Below are positions 18,784-27,640 of a stretch of 64,000 bases of DNA, one piece after another. The stretch covers positions 171,437-235,436 of the forward strand of contig PHET01000001.1 in assembly GCA_002841275.1 (NCBI GenBank), written 5' to 3'. The translations under genes were made by a program, and so were the position numbers. This DNA is from Actinobacteria bacterium HGW-Actinobacteria-7 (lineage in GTDB: Bacteria > Actinomycetota > Coriobacteriia > Anaerosomatales > PHET01). Within the stretch, counting starts at the first letter, position 1. Each line of letters starts with the position of its first letter. A model generated the notes under the pieces. The model ran no database searches and was not told the DNA's origin. It saw nothing but the letters and a program-made list of their open reading frames with translations.

Positions 18784-21700
18784 GTCCGTCCCTCCCCCCA
18801 CCCTGCGCGCTCCTCTGCTGCGATCGCCACCTCGCTCCACGACTCCTCCTCGGGCGCCCCAGCACCGCCAAGTGACGGCCCCATGGGCCCGCTGGGCACC
18901 CCGCGCCGCATCCGCACCGGAGAGCCACTCGCTGTGCGCACCACGTAGGGCTTGATGTCGTTGGCGACGATCGCCAGCCCTCTCTCACAGTTGTTCTGCA
19001 ACGTACCGTCGATGAGATAGGCCCGGTGCTTCACGATCACATCGCCCGCACGGGCAAGCGTGTCCGAGAAGACCACGACGTCGAGCAGCCCCGTGGGGTC
19101 CTCGAGCGTGAGGAAGCAGGTGCGCTTGCCCGAACGCGTCCGAGGGGTCTGCGCCCGTTCTCTCACCCCGCAGACACGCACTCGTGAACGGTCGGGCAGC
19201 TCGCGTAGGTCGCGCGCCCACGTTACGCCGCGCGCGATCAGATCGGCGGTCGCGAGCGCGAGTGGATGATCGGTGAGCGACAACCCCACGAGCTCGAGCT
19301 CCGCCGACAAACGCCGAGCCGGACTCCAGCCGCTCACATGGCTCGCGTCCTCGGCGGGACGCACTGGCGCGGGGGCAAGGCACAACACGTCATCACCGGC
19401 GCTCCCTTCGCGGGCGAGTACCGCTTTGACCTCGGGCAGCAACGCGAGCAACTCATCGCGCGTGGGTGGACGATCGGCCTCGGTGATACCCAGACCGTCG
19501 AGCGCGCCGATGCGGATGAGCGACTCTGTCGCCGAGACCTCGGCTCGAGTTCGCCGCAGGAAGTCCGTGAGATCGCAAAACGGGCGCACCGTGCGCTCTC
19601 GCGGAATCTCTTCGAGTAAGCGCGCGGTCATCCGGTGGACGTCTCTGAGGCCCACCCGGATGGCAGTTCCGGCCTCCTCAACCGTGTAGCGCGCCTCGCT
19701 CGCATTGATGTGCGGGGGCAGGATACGGATGCCATGTCGTCGGGCGTCGTTGACCACCAGCCGCGGCGTGTAGAACCCCATGGGCTCGTTGTTCAGAATC
19801 GCGGTCGCGAACTCGCCCGGGTAGTAGGTACGCAGCCACGCCGTCGCATAGCTCACCACCGCGAAACACGCCGCGTGCGCCTTGTTGAAGCCGTATGCCG
19901 CGAACCCTTCGAGTTGCCGGAATACTTCTGCGGCGACCTCAGCGTCCACGCCACGGGCCAGCGCGCGCTCGAGGAAGTGACCACGGATGCGCTCCATCTC
20001 TTCTCGGCTGCGCCCCTTGGTCATCGCACGGCGAAGTGAGTCGGCCTCCGCCAGACCGAAGCCGGCGACCGCGCGTGCCACGAGCAGTACCTGCTCCTGG
20101 TAGACGATCACGCCGTAGGTGTCACCCAGAACCGCCCGCATTCCCTCGTGCGGCACGCTCACCGGCTCCAGCCCATGCCGGCGCCGAATGAACGGCACGA
20201 TCATCTCGGCCTCTAGAGGACCGGGCCTGAACAGCGATATCTGCGCGATGATGTCTTCGAATCGGCTGGGCTTCAGACGTGTTGAGAGGTTGCGCTGCCC
20301 GCTCGATTCGAGCTGGAACATCCCCACGGTGTCTGCCGAGGAGACCTGCTCGTAAACGCGCGGATCGTCCGGCACGAGATCGAACGGTTCCGGCACCGCA
20401 TCTTCGCCCACGCGCGCACGGGCCAGTTCGACCGCCTCGCTGATCGCCGAGTGAGTCCGAAGCCCCAGAATGTCCATCTTCACGAGCCCGAGGACCTCGA
20501 TGTCGTCTTTGTCGTACTGCGAGACCACCGTGCCCTTGGCCGCCCACTGCAGCGGCATCCAGCTCGCCACCGGCTCACGCGTGATGATGAAGCCGCCTAG
20601 GTGCGTGCCCAGGTGCGTGGGCGTGTGGTCGAGCTGCTCAGCAATCTCGAGTATGGGTGTATAGCGCGGGTCGTGCAGCGGGTGGTCGCGGCATTCCGGA
20701 TAACTTTCCAGCACCTCGCGGATCTTACGTGCGCTCACCCACGGCAGATGGCGCGAAAGTGAGTTGACCTCGGCGATGGGCAGCCCGAACGCGCGTGCCG
20801 CGATACGCACCGCACTGCGCGCGGTCGTGGTGTTCACGGTCGCCACCATCGCGACATGCTCGTGCCCGAACCGCCGGTAGATGAAATCGATGATCTCGTC
20901 TCGGCGCGCCGAGTCGAAGTCCACATCGATGTCGGGCATCTGGCGGCGTTCAGGGTTCAAGAACCGCTCGAAGAGCAGGTCGTGCCGCACGGGATCGGCG
21001 TCGGTGATGCCCAGCGCATAGCTCACGATACTGTCGCCCGCACTCCCCCGCCCGCTGCACCGGATTCCCGAGCGTTTCGCGAAGTCCACAATCTCTTTGA
21101 CCACGAGAAAGTACTCGGGGAAGCCCATCTGGTCGATCAGCGCGAGCTCGTGCTGTAGCCGCCGAATCGCCTCCGGCGTCATGGGTCGATAGCGGTGCTC
21201 GAGTCCGCGCCACGACTCCTTCGCGAGCACCGAATACGGCGTCTCGCCTGCTGGTATATCCGCTCCCGGGAAGTGGAATTCCCCCAACGGAAGCTCGAAC
21301 CCGGCACAACGCGCCGCGATCTCGAGTGTCGCATCACACGCCCTCTCGATTCCCGAGAAGAGCTCACGCATCGCAGACGCAGGCTTCAACCACAGCTCAC
21401 CGTTGGGACGGTCGTAGGGCCCCGGAAGCGCCATGCGCGCGCCAGCCGCCGAGAGCACGTCGTGGAGCCGGTGATCACGGGCACGAAGGTAGTGCACATC
21501 ATTGGTGGCAACCACCGGCAGACCCAGGTCATCGGCCACCCGCACAAGGCCACTGATGACCCGAGGCGCATGCACGGTGAGCGTGTGTACGAGCTCGACG
21601 TAGAAACTTCCCGGCTCGAAACAGTCCGAGAGCCGTGCGATCGCTGCGCTCGCACGCCCCGCATGTCCGGCCGCCACCGCTTGTGCCGCCTCACCGTTAC

Positions 21701-22178
21701 CACACCCCGACAGGCCGATAAGCCCTCCCGAGAAGGTCTTGAGATCGTGCAGGTGGACGACACTCGGCACTTCAGCGCCCCGCAGGTGAGTACGGGAGAG
21801 CAGCCGGCACAGGTTGCGATAACCCTCGAAATCGCGGGCGAGCAGCGTCAGGTGGAACCCTGAGGCTGAAGCGCGTCCGAACCCCACGCTCGCTGGCGTC
21901 ACAAGGCGTGCCTCGGGAGGCAGATCCGCCTCCCCGCCTGCCACCCCGGCTGTTTCGACCACCACCTCGCAGCCGACGAGGGGCATGATGCCCGCCGCCT
22001 TGCATGCAGTGTAGAACCGGATCGCCCCCGAGAGCCCCTGGTGGTCGGTGAGCGCCAGCGCCGGCATCTCGAGTTCAGCCGCGCGGGCGATAAGCCCTTC
22101 GATTGATGCGGCACCATCCATAAAACTGAACGGTGAATGAGTATGGAGGTGAACGAACCCCCCGGATGCAGCGCCCAC
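18780..22178 (-). CDS. dnaE2: error-prone DNA polymerase III alpha-like subunit (DnaE2/ImuC-type); the start is ambiguous (GTG at 22178 or upstream ATG at 22289)
   Basis: A PHP domain (FVHLHTHSPFSFMDGAAS), a polymerase core and an OB fold are present, but there is no tau-binding C-terminal extension, giving about 1,130 aa. A LexA box lies upstream of the operon. The gene is convergent with dinB, and their 3' ends overlap by 4 nt. Confidence 0.85.
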   Translation of the reverse strand: MGAASGGFVHLHTHSPFSFMDGAASIEGLIARAAELEMPALALTDHQGLSGAIRFYTACKAAGIMPLVGCEVVVETAGVAGGEADLPPEARLVTPASVGFGRASASGFHLTLLARDFEGYRNLCRLLSRTHLRGAEVPSVVHLHDLKTFSGGLIGLSGCGNGEAAQAVAAGHAGRASAAIARLSDCFEPGSFYVELVHTLTVHAPRVISGLVRVADDLGLPVVATNDVHYLRARDHRLHDVLSAAGARMALPGPYDRPNGELWLKPASAMRELFSGIERACDATLEIAARCAGFELPLGEFHFPGADIPAGETPYSVLAKESWRGLEHRYRPMTPEAIRRLQHELALIDQMGFPEYFLVVKEIVDFAKRSGIRCSGRGSAGDSIVSYALGITDADPVRHDLLFERFLNPERRQMPDIDVDFDSARRDEIIDFIYRRFGHEHVAMVATVNTTTARSAVRIAARAFGLPIAEVNSLSRHLPWVSARKIREVLESYPECRDHPLHDPRYTPILEIAEQLDHTPTHLGTHLGGFIITREPVASWMPLQWAAKGTVVSQYDKDDIEVLGLVKMDILGLRTHSAISEAVELARARVGEDAVPEPFDLVPDDPRVYEQVSSADTVGMFQLESSGQRNLSTRLKPSRFEDIIAQISLFRPGPLEAEMIVPFIRRRHGLEPVSVPHEGMRAVLGDTYGVIVYQEQVLLVARAVAGFGLAEADSLRRAMTKGRSREEMERIRGHFLERALARGVDAEVAAEVFRQLEGFAAYGFNKAHAACFAVVSYATAWLRTYYPGEFATAILNNEPMGFYTPRLVVNDARRHGIRILPPHINASEARYTVEEAGTAIRVGLRDVHRMTARLLEEIPRERTVRPFCDLTDFLRRTRAEVSATESLIRIGALDGLGITEADRPPTRDELLALLPEVKAVLAREGSAGDDVLCLAPAPVRPAEDASHVSGWSPARRLSAELELVGLSLTDHPLALATADLIARGVTWARDLRELPDRSRVRVCGVRERAQTPRTRSGKRTCFLTLEDPTGLLDVVVFSDTLARAGDVIVKHRAYLIDGTLQNNCERGLAIVANDIKPYVVRTASGSPVRMRRGVPSGPMGPSLGGAGAPEEESWSEVAIAAEERAGWGEGRT

Positions 22179-22185
22179 CCGGCAT

Positions 22186-22602
22186 CTAGTCCTGGATACC
22201 AGTGAGCAGCCAGCCGCCACGCGCACGATCGAATGCGAGGTCGTAGACGCCGCCTTGGGACAGCACCCGGAAGAAGCGACGCGAAACATGACGGCGCGGG
22301 TCCCACCAGCGACGTTCGGTCGCCCACACTTGAATCACGGCATCGACGATATAGCGCCTGTCCGAACGAGTGAACGATAGCGGGCACTGCCTATGTGCGT
22401 CCCATTCGACGCTGACCGATTCTTCCACTCGTTTGGTAGCACAGCCTCCGTCACTGCGCCCGATCTCTGAGGCCCTTACAATCCACGGGCTCCTGAGCAG
22501 TTCGACTATCACCGGGCGACGGGACCGCGTGCTATCGAACAGCTCAAGCGGTTGGCCGGCGGGTGTGGCGTCGTATCGTTTGATAGCAGCGTTACGGCCC
22601 AC
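22186..22602 (-). CDS. uncharacterised 138-aa basic protein that is the first gene of the LexA-box operon with dnaE2
   Basis: The ORF MGRNAAIKRYDATPAGQPLELFDS...RRYIVDAVIQVWATERRWWDP...GGVYDLAFDRARGGWLLTGIQD has no family I can name. Its stop lies 7 nt before the dnaE2 GTG start, or inside the gene if the ATG at 22289 is used. It sits about 60 nt downstream of the Cheo box. Confidence 0.5.
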   Translation of the reverse strand: MGRNAAIKRYDATPAGQPLELFDSTRSRRPVIVELLRSPWIVRASEIGRSDGGCATKRVEESVSVEWDAHRQCPLSFTRSDRRYIVDAVIQVWATERRWWDPRRHVSRRFFRVLSQGGVYDLAFDRARGGWLLTGIQD

Positions 22603-22661
22603 GACCCACCCTCCCCATACGCAGTGCCCTCTTTAAGGGCACCGATCCGACCCTGAGTATA

Positions 22662-22677
22662 TCGAACATGTGTTCGA
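22662..22677. promoter_or_regulatory. LexA (SOS/Cheo-type) operator TCGAAC-ATGT-GTTCGA
   Basis: A perfect palindrome matching the Gram-positive/actinobacterial LexA box (CGAACNNNNGTTCG). It lies in the promoter region of the 138-aa ORF and dnaE2 operon. Confidence 0.7.
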
Positions 22678-22710
22678 TTCTTCAAGGACCAGTTTATGGG
22701 AAAGGGGTTT

Positions 22711-23355
22711 CTAGGAGGGTTCCACCATCACGAACCGCGCGACCTCACGGGCGAGCGCTCGGGACTTCCCTGCGATACGGACCGTAAGAGGGCCGGCGAA
22801 CGGCTCGGCGCTCATCACTTCGACCTGAACACCAGGACGCATGCCGATATCCCCAAGGTAACCCAAAACCTCTTCGTCCTCCGCCACGCGCAGCACCGTC
22901 ACCACTCCGCCGGGCTCAACGAGATCCAGACTCGTCCCTCCAATGGCCGCTACGGAACCATCAGCCAACGGGATGGGATGGCCGTGGGGACAGACAGTGG
23001 GATCGCCCAAGTAGCGCTCGAGAGCCTCAAGTACCCTCGGAGACAGAGCATGCTCGAGAAGGCACGCCTCCTCGTGGGCCGCCTCCCAGTCCAGACCCAG
23101 AGTATCCACCAGAAACCTCTCAGCGATCCGGTGCCTGCGGACGATATCGACAGAACGCGTAACGCCCTCAGGGGTGAGCACGACACTCGTTCCATCACGC
23201 GTCACCAGCCCGTGGGCCTCAAGCCGCTTGAGTGTGGCGGTAACAGTGGGTCCTGAGACTCCGATCGCATCCGCAATCTGAGTTGGCCGCGCCGGCCCTT
23301 CCTGAGACAGTTTATAGATCGCCTCAAGGTACTCTTCGAGCGTTGGAGTAGGCAT
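22711..23355 (-). CDS. DtxR/IdeR-family metal-dependent transcriptional regulator with a C-terminal FeoA/SH3-like domain
   Basis: An N-terminal HTH (MPTPTLEEYLEAIYKLSQEGPARPTQIADAIGVSGPTVTATLKRLE), a metal-binding region (HRIAERFL, HEEAC, CPHGHP) and an SH3-like C-terminus are present. Confidence 0.85.
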   Translation of the reverse strand: MPTPTLEEYLEAIYKLSQEGPARPTQIADAIGVSGPTVTATLKRLEAHGLVTRDGTSVVLTPEGVTRSVDIVRRHRIAERFLVDTLGLDWEAAHEEACLLEHALSPRVLEALERYLGDPTVCPHGHPIPLADGSVAAIGGTSLDLVEPGGVVTVLRVAEDEEVLGYLGDIGMRPGVQVEVMSAEPFAGPLTVRIAGKSRALAREVARFVMVEPS

Positions 23356-23537
23356 CCGAAGCGTCCCTTTCGGCGATGATCGCAAGGCTTTCGAAGAAAC
23401 GATACCATGCCACGAGTCCGTGTCGACCTCACGTCAAGAGCGCTCAAGACCGCTTAACCGTTCGTCTTACCAACATTACCTTTCGCGTGTCCCAATATTC
23501 CTTTCATCAGCTATTTCGACAATTTCCAAGAAACGCG

Positions 23538-23566
23538 TTGACACCCTCAGGGAGCATGGGTACAGT
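23538..23566 (+). promoter_or_regulatory. strong sigma70 consensus promoter with no ORF downstream
   Basis: TTGACA, then a 17-nt spacer, then TACAGT, in a locally AT-richer region. It is divergent from the DtxR/IdeR gene. Confidence 0.6.
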
Positions 23567-23572
23567 ACATCT

Positions 23573-23773
23573 TGTCCCGAGAAGTCGGACGCAGCAGGAC
23601 TCCGGAAGACGGTGTACCAGTAGCCACCGGAGAGTCACCCTAGTGACATCGGCACAACCGCGAGGTGGCCGAAGAATCGAAGGGGCTCGATGGAGGGAAA
23701 CCCCGCAAGGGGGCGGTTCGTAAGGGCCGCGGGAAGCCGACTCGAGTAGGAGACCTCGCGGGCGAGGTTTCTC
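23573..23773 (+). ncRNA. candidate ~200-nt structured small RNA of unknown family; candidate only
   Basis: The transcript is predicted from the promoter above. It is a GC-rich, stem-rich region in which the 5' GUCCCGAGAA can pair with the 3' UUCUCGGGAC. It ends at a hairpin (ACCUCGC-GG-GCGAGGU) followed by UUCUC. No ORF of 30 codons or more in this frame or orientation has an RBS. It is convergent with the queD 3' end. Confidence 0.35.
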
Positions 23774-23803
23774 GGGACACCTCTATGCCCAGACCCCTCA
23801 CGC

Positions 23804-24175
23804 TCAGGGGCGATACACCAGTCGGGCTATCGGAGACTCCCACACAACGACTTCAACGACCCGTACACGCGAATCGACCGTCTCCTGAAGCTTCTCGCAG
23901 ATCACCCGCGCGAGATTCTCGGCCGTCGGGCTCAGCGCGTCGAACGGCGTCACGTCGTTGATGAGCACATGATCATACTGGGAAAGCACCGAAGACAGGT
24001 CCTCTTTCAGCGTCTTGAAATCGTAGACGATGCCGATTTCGTCGAGTTCTGATCCCGCGACCGTGACTTCGACGTCCCAGGTATGCCCGTGGAGGTTGCG
24101 GCACTCCCCCGGATACCCATAGAGGTGATGGGCAGCATCGAAGTGCCCTTTGACGGTAAGCTCGTACGTGCCCAT
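23804..24175 (-). CDS. queD: 6-carboxy-5,6,7,8-tetrahydropterin synthase (QueD/PTPS family)
   Basis: 123 aa with the PTPS motifs CRNLHGHTW and GHFDAAHHL. Confidence 0.85.
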   Translation of the reverse strand: MGTYELTVKGHFDAAHHLYGYPGECRNLHGHTWDVEVTVAGSELDEIGIVYDFKTLKEDLSSVLSQYDHVLINDVTPFDALSPTAENLARVICEKLQETVDSRVRVVEVVVWESPIARLVYRP

Positions 24176-24184
24176 CTCAACCTC

Positions 24185-24463
24185 CTAGAACAGCGACTCA
24201 TCCGGTCGGCCAAAGACCTGCTCGATGATCTCATCACCGACGCCGTCTATCTCCACCACCTTGTGCCGCGCACCGCCTCCACGAACGACCTTGATCGTGG
24301 ACTTGGCAACGCCGAGTGACGTCGCGAGGGTGCGGCAGACGGCAGCGTTGGCCTTGCCGTCTTCAGGCGGCGACGTGACCCTGACCGAGAGCTCTGAACC
24401 GCGCCAGCCTGCAACCTCGTCTCGACCCGACCGGGGTGTGACGTGGACGGCTATCCGGGCCAT
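24185..24463 (-). CDS. YggU/DUF167 family protein
   Basis: About 92 aa from the internal Met (MARIAVHVTPRSGRDEV...GKANAAV...). It starts 5 nt after the divIVA stop. Confidence 0.7.
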   Translation of the reverse strand: MARIAVHVTPRSGRDEVAGWRGSELSVRVTSPPEDGKANAAVCRTLATSLGVAKSTIKVVRGGGARHKVVEIDGVGDEIIEQVFGRPDESLF

Positions 24464-24467
24464 GAGT

Positions 24468-25235
24468 CTAGTCGATCTCCTCGATGTCGACCGTGTCCTC
24501 GCGCTCACCGAACACGTCGAAGCTCGGCATGGTGAACTCCTTGGGGTTCACCAGCTCCACGTCGTCAGGTAGCTCAGGCGCCTCGATCTCGCCGAGAGAT
24601 ACCGCCTGCACGAAACCTGAGGCTGGCGGCTCGGATGTCTCGCCCGTCATGTCGAACGGTGCGGTAGCCTGCGGGGCAGGCGCCACAGCTGGAGATGCGC
24701 TCGGAGCGCGCACCGACGCCTCGGGCCTGACCTGAACGTCTCCCACGAAGCCGTCGTCGGTCTCGCCAAGAAGCACCGTGACGTCGTCGGGAAGCGCTAC
24801 TTCATTGACGGAGCGCTGGTGCTGTTCGAGCAGGGTCTTGAAGCGACCGCGGAACTCCTCCTCGGCCTGCTTGATCCTGATCAGCTCGGCCGCGATCTGC
24901 TGCTTCTTGGCCAGCGCGTTGTGGATGATCTCCTTGGCGCGAATCTCCGCGTCGTGAATCACCGAATCCGCTTCAGTACGGGCACGAGAGCGCATGTCCT
25001 CGCCAGCAGACTGAGCCGCGATGATTGCGCTGTTGACCGCGCTCTCCTTCACCTGGAAGTCGCGAAGCTGCTGGTTCGCGGAGTCAAGCCGCTCATTCAG
25101 ATCGATGTTCTCCTTGAACAGTCGCTCGAGCTCGTCTGCGACCTCATCGAGGAACTGATCGACCTCATCTTCCGCATAGCCACGCAGAGAATGGCGGAAC
25201 TCCTTGTGGTGGATGTCTAGTGGCGTGAGCTTCAT
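24468..25235 (-). CDS. divIVA: DivIVA-family cell division protein
   Basis: An N-terminal DivIVA domain (MKLTPLDIHHKEFRHSLRGYAEDEVDQFLDEV) followed by coiled coil. Confidence 0.85.
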   Translation of the reverse strand: MKLTPLDIHHKEFRHSLRGYAEDEVDQFLDEVADELERLFKENIDLNERLDSANQQLRDFQVKESAVNSAIIAAQSAGEDMRSRARTEADSVIHDAEIRAKEIIHNALAKKQQIAAELIRIKQAEEEFRGRFKTLLEQHQRSVNEVALPDDVTVLLGETDDGFVGDVQVRPEASVRAPSASPAVAPAPQATAPFDMTGETSEPPASGFVQAVSLGEIEAPELPDDVELVNPKEFTMPSFDVFGEREDTVDIEEID

Positions 25236-25277
25236 GAACAGTTCCTTCCCCTTCGGGCGGTTGGACCCGACGGCCTA

Positions 25278-25532
25278 CTAGAAGCGCAGTACCTGCGCAA
25301 TGATCTGTGTCAGAACCTGAAGAACCAGTATCGCGACGATCGGTGAGATATCAAGTGCCCCCATGGGCGGGATGATCCGCCTGAAGATGTTCAGGTACGG
25401 CTCCACGATGGAAGAGAGTACCCGGTGAATCTCCAGGAAGACGCCCGAAATCGGAAACCACGACATCAGCACGTACGCGATGATAAGCCAGATGTAGAAC
25501 TGAACGACTTGGAAGATGATACTTGCAATCAT
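25278..25532 (-). CDS. YggT-family membrane protein
   Basis: 84 aa with two TM segments. It occupies the conserved position between sepF/proC and divIVA. Confidence 0.75.
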   Translation of the reverse strand: MIASIIFQVVQFYIWLIIAYVLMSWFPISGVFLEIHRVLSSIVEPYLNIFRRIIPPMGALDISPIVAILVLQVLTQIIAQVLRF

Positions 25533-25537
25533 TAGGA

Positions 25538-26362
25538 CTACGACCCCAGTTCCCTGGAACGACGGACCGCAGCGGACACGGCTTCAGCAAATGCAGCGCG
25601 AACTGCGCGATCCTCAAGTACGTTGATTGCCGCGATAGTGGTTCCCCCCGGGCTTGAGACACCGTCAATGAGCGCCTCCGGGTGCATCCCCGTCTCCTCA
25701 AGCATCTTGGCCGTCCCAAGCATCGTCTGGACCGCAAGCGCTTGCGCCGTGTCGCGTGTCAAGCCTTGGGCAACGCCCGCTCGGGCCAGTGCGTCAACGA
25801 CAAGCGCAAAATAGGCAGGGCCGGATCCTGAGATCGCGGTACCGGCATCCTGCGCGGACTCAGGCACAACGATCGCACGACCGACAGCCGAGAACAGCCC
25901 TGCAACGGTCTGGATCTGCTCGTCAGAGACCGAGCTGCCCCCGCTGACGATTGCCATGCCCTCCCGAACCATCACTGGGGTGTTGGGCATGACCCGAACA
26001 ACCGACGAGCCCTCAGGAAGAAACGATTCTAGCCGAGCGCAAGTGATTCCGGCAGCGATAGAGACCAGAACCGCACGCGCTAGTGCCTGCGAGAGTCCCT
26101 TCACGACCTGGTCGACCGCCTGGGGCTTCACCGCCAAGATGACCATATCTGCATCGCCAAGGGCCTGTATGCCGTCGGAAACCACCCCGACCGAGTATCG
26201 GCTCGCGAGTTCGTCGCGACGGGCGCCAACGGGCTCGGCGATGGTGATGCGATCCGCTGGGACTGTTCCGCTGGCCAGAAGGCCAGAGACTATCGCCTCG
26301 CCCATCTTGCCGCCGCCGATGACCGCAAGGCGACCGCTGAACCGGTTCGGTGTCGTCATCAT
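25538..26362 (-). CDS. proC: pyrroline-5-carboxylate reductase
   Basis: 274 aa with a Rossmann motif (VIGGGKMGEAI) and the P5CR C-terminal dimerisation domain. Confidence 0.9.
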   Translation of the reverse strand: MMTTPNRFSGRLAVIGGGKMGEAIVSGLLASGTVPADRITIAEPVGARRDELASRYSVGVVSDGIQALGDADMVILAVKPQAVDQVVKGLSQALARAVLVSIAAGITCARLESFLPEGSSVVRVMPNTPVMVREGMAIVSGGSSVSDEQIQTVAGLFSAVGRAIVVPESAQDAGTAISGSGPAYFALVVDALARAGVAQGLTRDTAQALAVQTMLGTAKMLEETGMHPEALIDGVSSPGGTTIAAINVLEDRAVRAAFAEAVSAAVRRSRELGS

Positions 26363-26382
26363 CTCACCCTCGAAGTCAGCGT

Positions 26383-26961
26383 CTACTCGGCAGGGAACAT
26401 GCCGCTGCTCTGCAGGCGGCGGCGCTCTGAATCCGAAACCTGCACGTTGGCAGGCGTGAGCATGAATACCTTGTCGGAAACCTTCTGCAGACCGCCGTCG
26501 AGGCCGTAGGTCAGCCCCGAACTGAAGTCGATCAACCGCTTGGACAGATCAGGCTTGGTCATGACCAGATTGAGAATGACCGGAGTGCCCTGCTTGAACT
26601 TGTCCGCGATTGACTGAGCCTCTGCGTAGCTCTTCGGCTCGACTATGTGCATCTTCACCTGTGCCGAGGAGCCCGGAGACGGAACACTGCGCAGCGACGG
26701 TCCCTCTGAGCCCCGGGCGCGCTCGAACTCCATACCACGGTCTACGCGCTTCACCGAGCCGGACCCAGCGCCCGACTCAAACTGGGATGCGAAGCTGGAG
26801 CGGCGCGAGGCGGGGTAGTCGTCCGATTCGTCGTCGGCCGCCTCAGCGGGATACTCGTCGTCGTCGTAGTACTCTTCGTCGTCCCACTCGTCCTCGAGCC
26901 CGAGACGAACCTTCATTCGATGCCACAGACCCACTGAATTCTCCCTTGAGATACGTGTCAC
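26383..26961 (-). CDS. sepF: cell division protein SepF
   Basis: 192 aa with an acidic DE/Y-rich linker and a conserved SepF C-terminal domain (PVILNLVMTKPDLSKRLIDFSSGLTYGLDG). Confidence 0.85.
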   Translation of the reverse strand: MTRISRENSVGLWHRMKVRLGLEDEWDDEEYYDDDEYPAEAADDESDDYPASRRSSFASQFESGAGSGSVKRVDRGMEFERARGSEGPSLRSVPSPGSSAQVKMHIVEPKSYAEAQSIADKFKQGTPVILNLVMTKPDLSKRLIDFSSGLTYGLDGGLQKVSDKVFMLTPANVQVSDSERRRLQSSGMFPAE

Positions 26962-27635
26962 CGGCCAAACAAGCCATGCCCGACCCGGATGATGGTGGCA
27001 CCTTCTTCAACCGCCACCTGATAGTCACCGGTCATACCCATAGAAAGCTCGTCTAACTCTACACCATTAGGGGCCGACACTCGCAGCGAGTCCCGAAGCT
27101 CTCTTAGGGCGCGGAACACCTGCCGCGCCTCGTCGGGACGGCCCAGAGGCGCCATGGTCATCAGCCCACGAATGCGCACCCCTTCGAGCTCGAACGCCGA
27201 CGCCAAAACGTCGTGGACCTCGCGGCCCGCGAAACCGTGCTTGGACTCCTCGCCGCTGATGTTGACCTGCAGCAAGACCGGCTGGACTACGCCCTGCACC
27301 TGCGCCTTGTGTGCAATGGCTAGTAGCAACTTGAGCGAGTCGACGCTGTGGATCAGATGGGCCCGGCCAACGACGTCCTTGACCTTGTTGGTCTGCAGAG
27401 TCCCGATGAAATGCCAGTTGGCCTGAGGAAACAGGCCATACTTGCCCAAGAACTCCTGAACTCGGTTCTCACCGAAGTCGACGATTCCTGCTGCGAGTGC
27501 GGCACCGACCTCTTCAAGCCCCACCGTCTTGGTGACGGCGACGATCCTGACCTCCGAAGGGTCCCTGCCAACCAGATCAGCGGCATCTTCGACGCGACGC
27601 CGAACCGCGGCGTAGCGCGCGGCGACCGGCGTCAT
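26958..27635 (-). CDS. YggS-family pyridoxal phosphate homeostasis protein
   Basis: 225 aa, alanine-racemase-N-like fold, with the motif VAVTKTV and HFIGTLQTNKVK. Confidence 0.85.
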   Translation of the reverse strand: MTPVAARYAAVRRRVEDAADLVGRDPSEVRIVAVTKTVGLEEVGAALAAGIVDFGENRVQEFLGKYGLFPQANWHFIGTLQTNKVKDVVGRAHLIHSVDSLKLLLAIAHKAQVQGVVQPVLLQVNISGEESKHGFAGREVHDVLASAFELEGVRIRGLMTMAPLGRPDEARQVFRALRELRDSLRVSAPNGVELDELSMGMTGDYQVAVEEGATIIRVGHGLFGR

Positions 27636-27640
27636 CGGGG

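Noticed and set aside
23386-23560. IdeR/DtxR iron-box (TTAGGTTAGGCTAACCTAA-like palindrome) in the ideR/sRNA intergenic region
   Set aside because: No 19-bp palindrome resembling the iron box was found. Only imperfect short repeats are present (ttaccaacattaccttt), so no operator is called.
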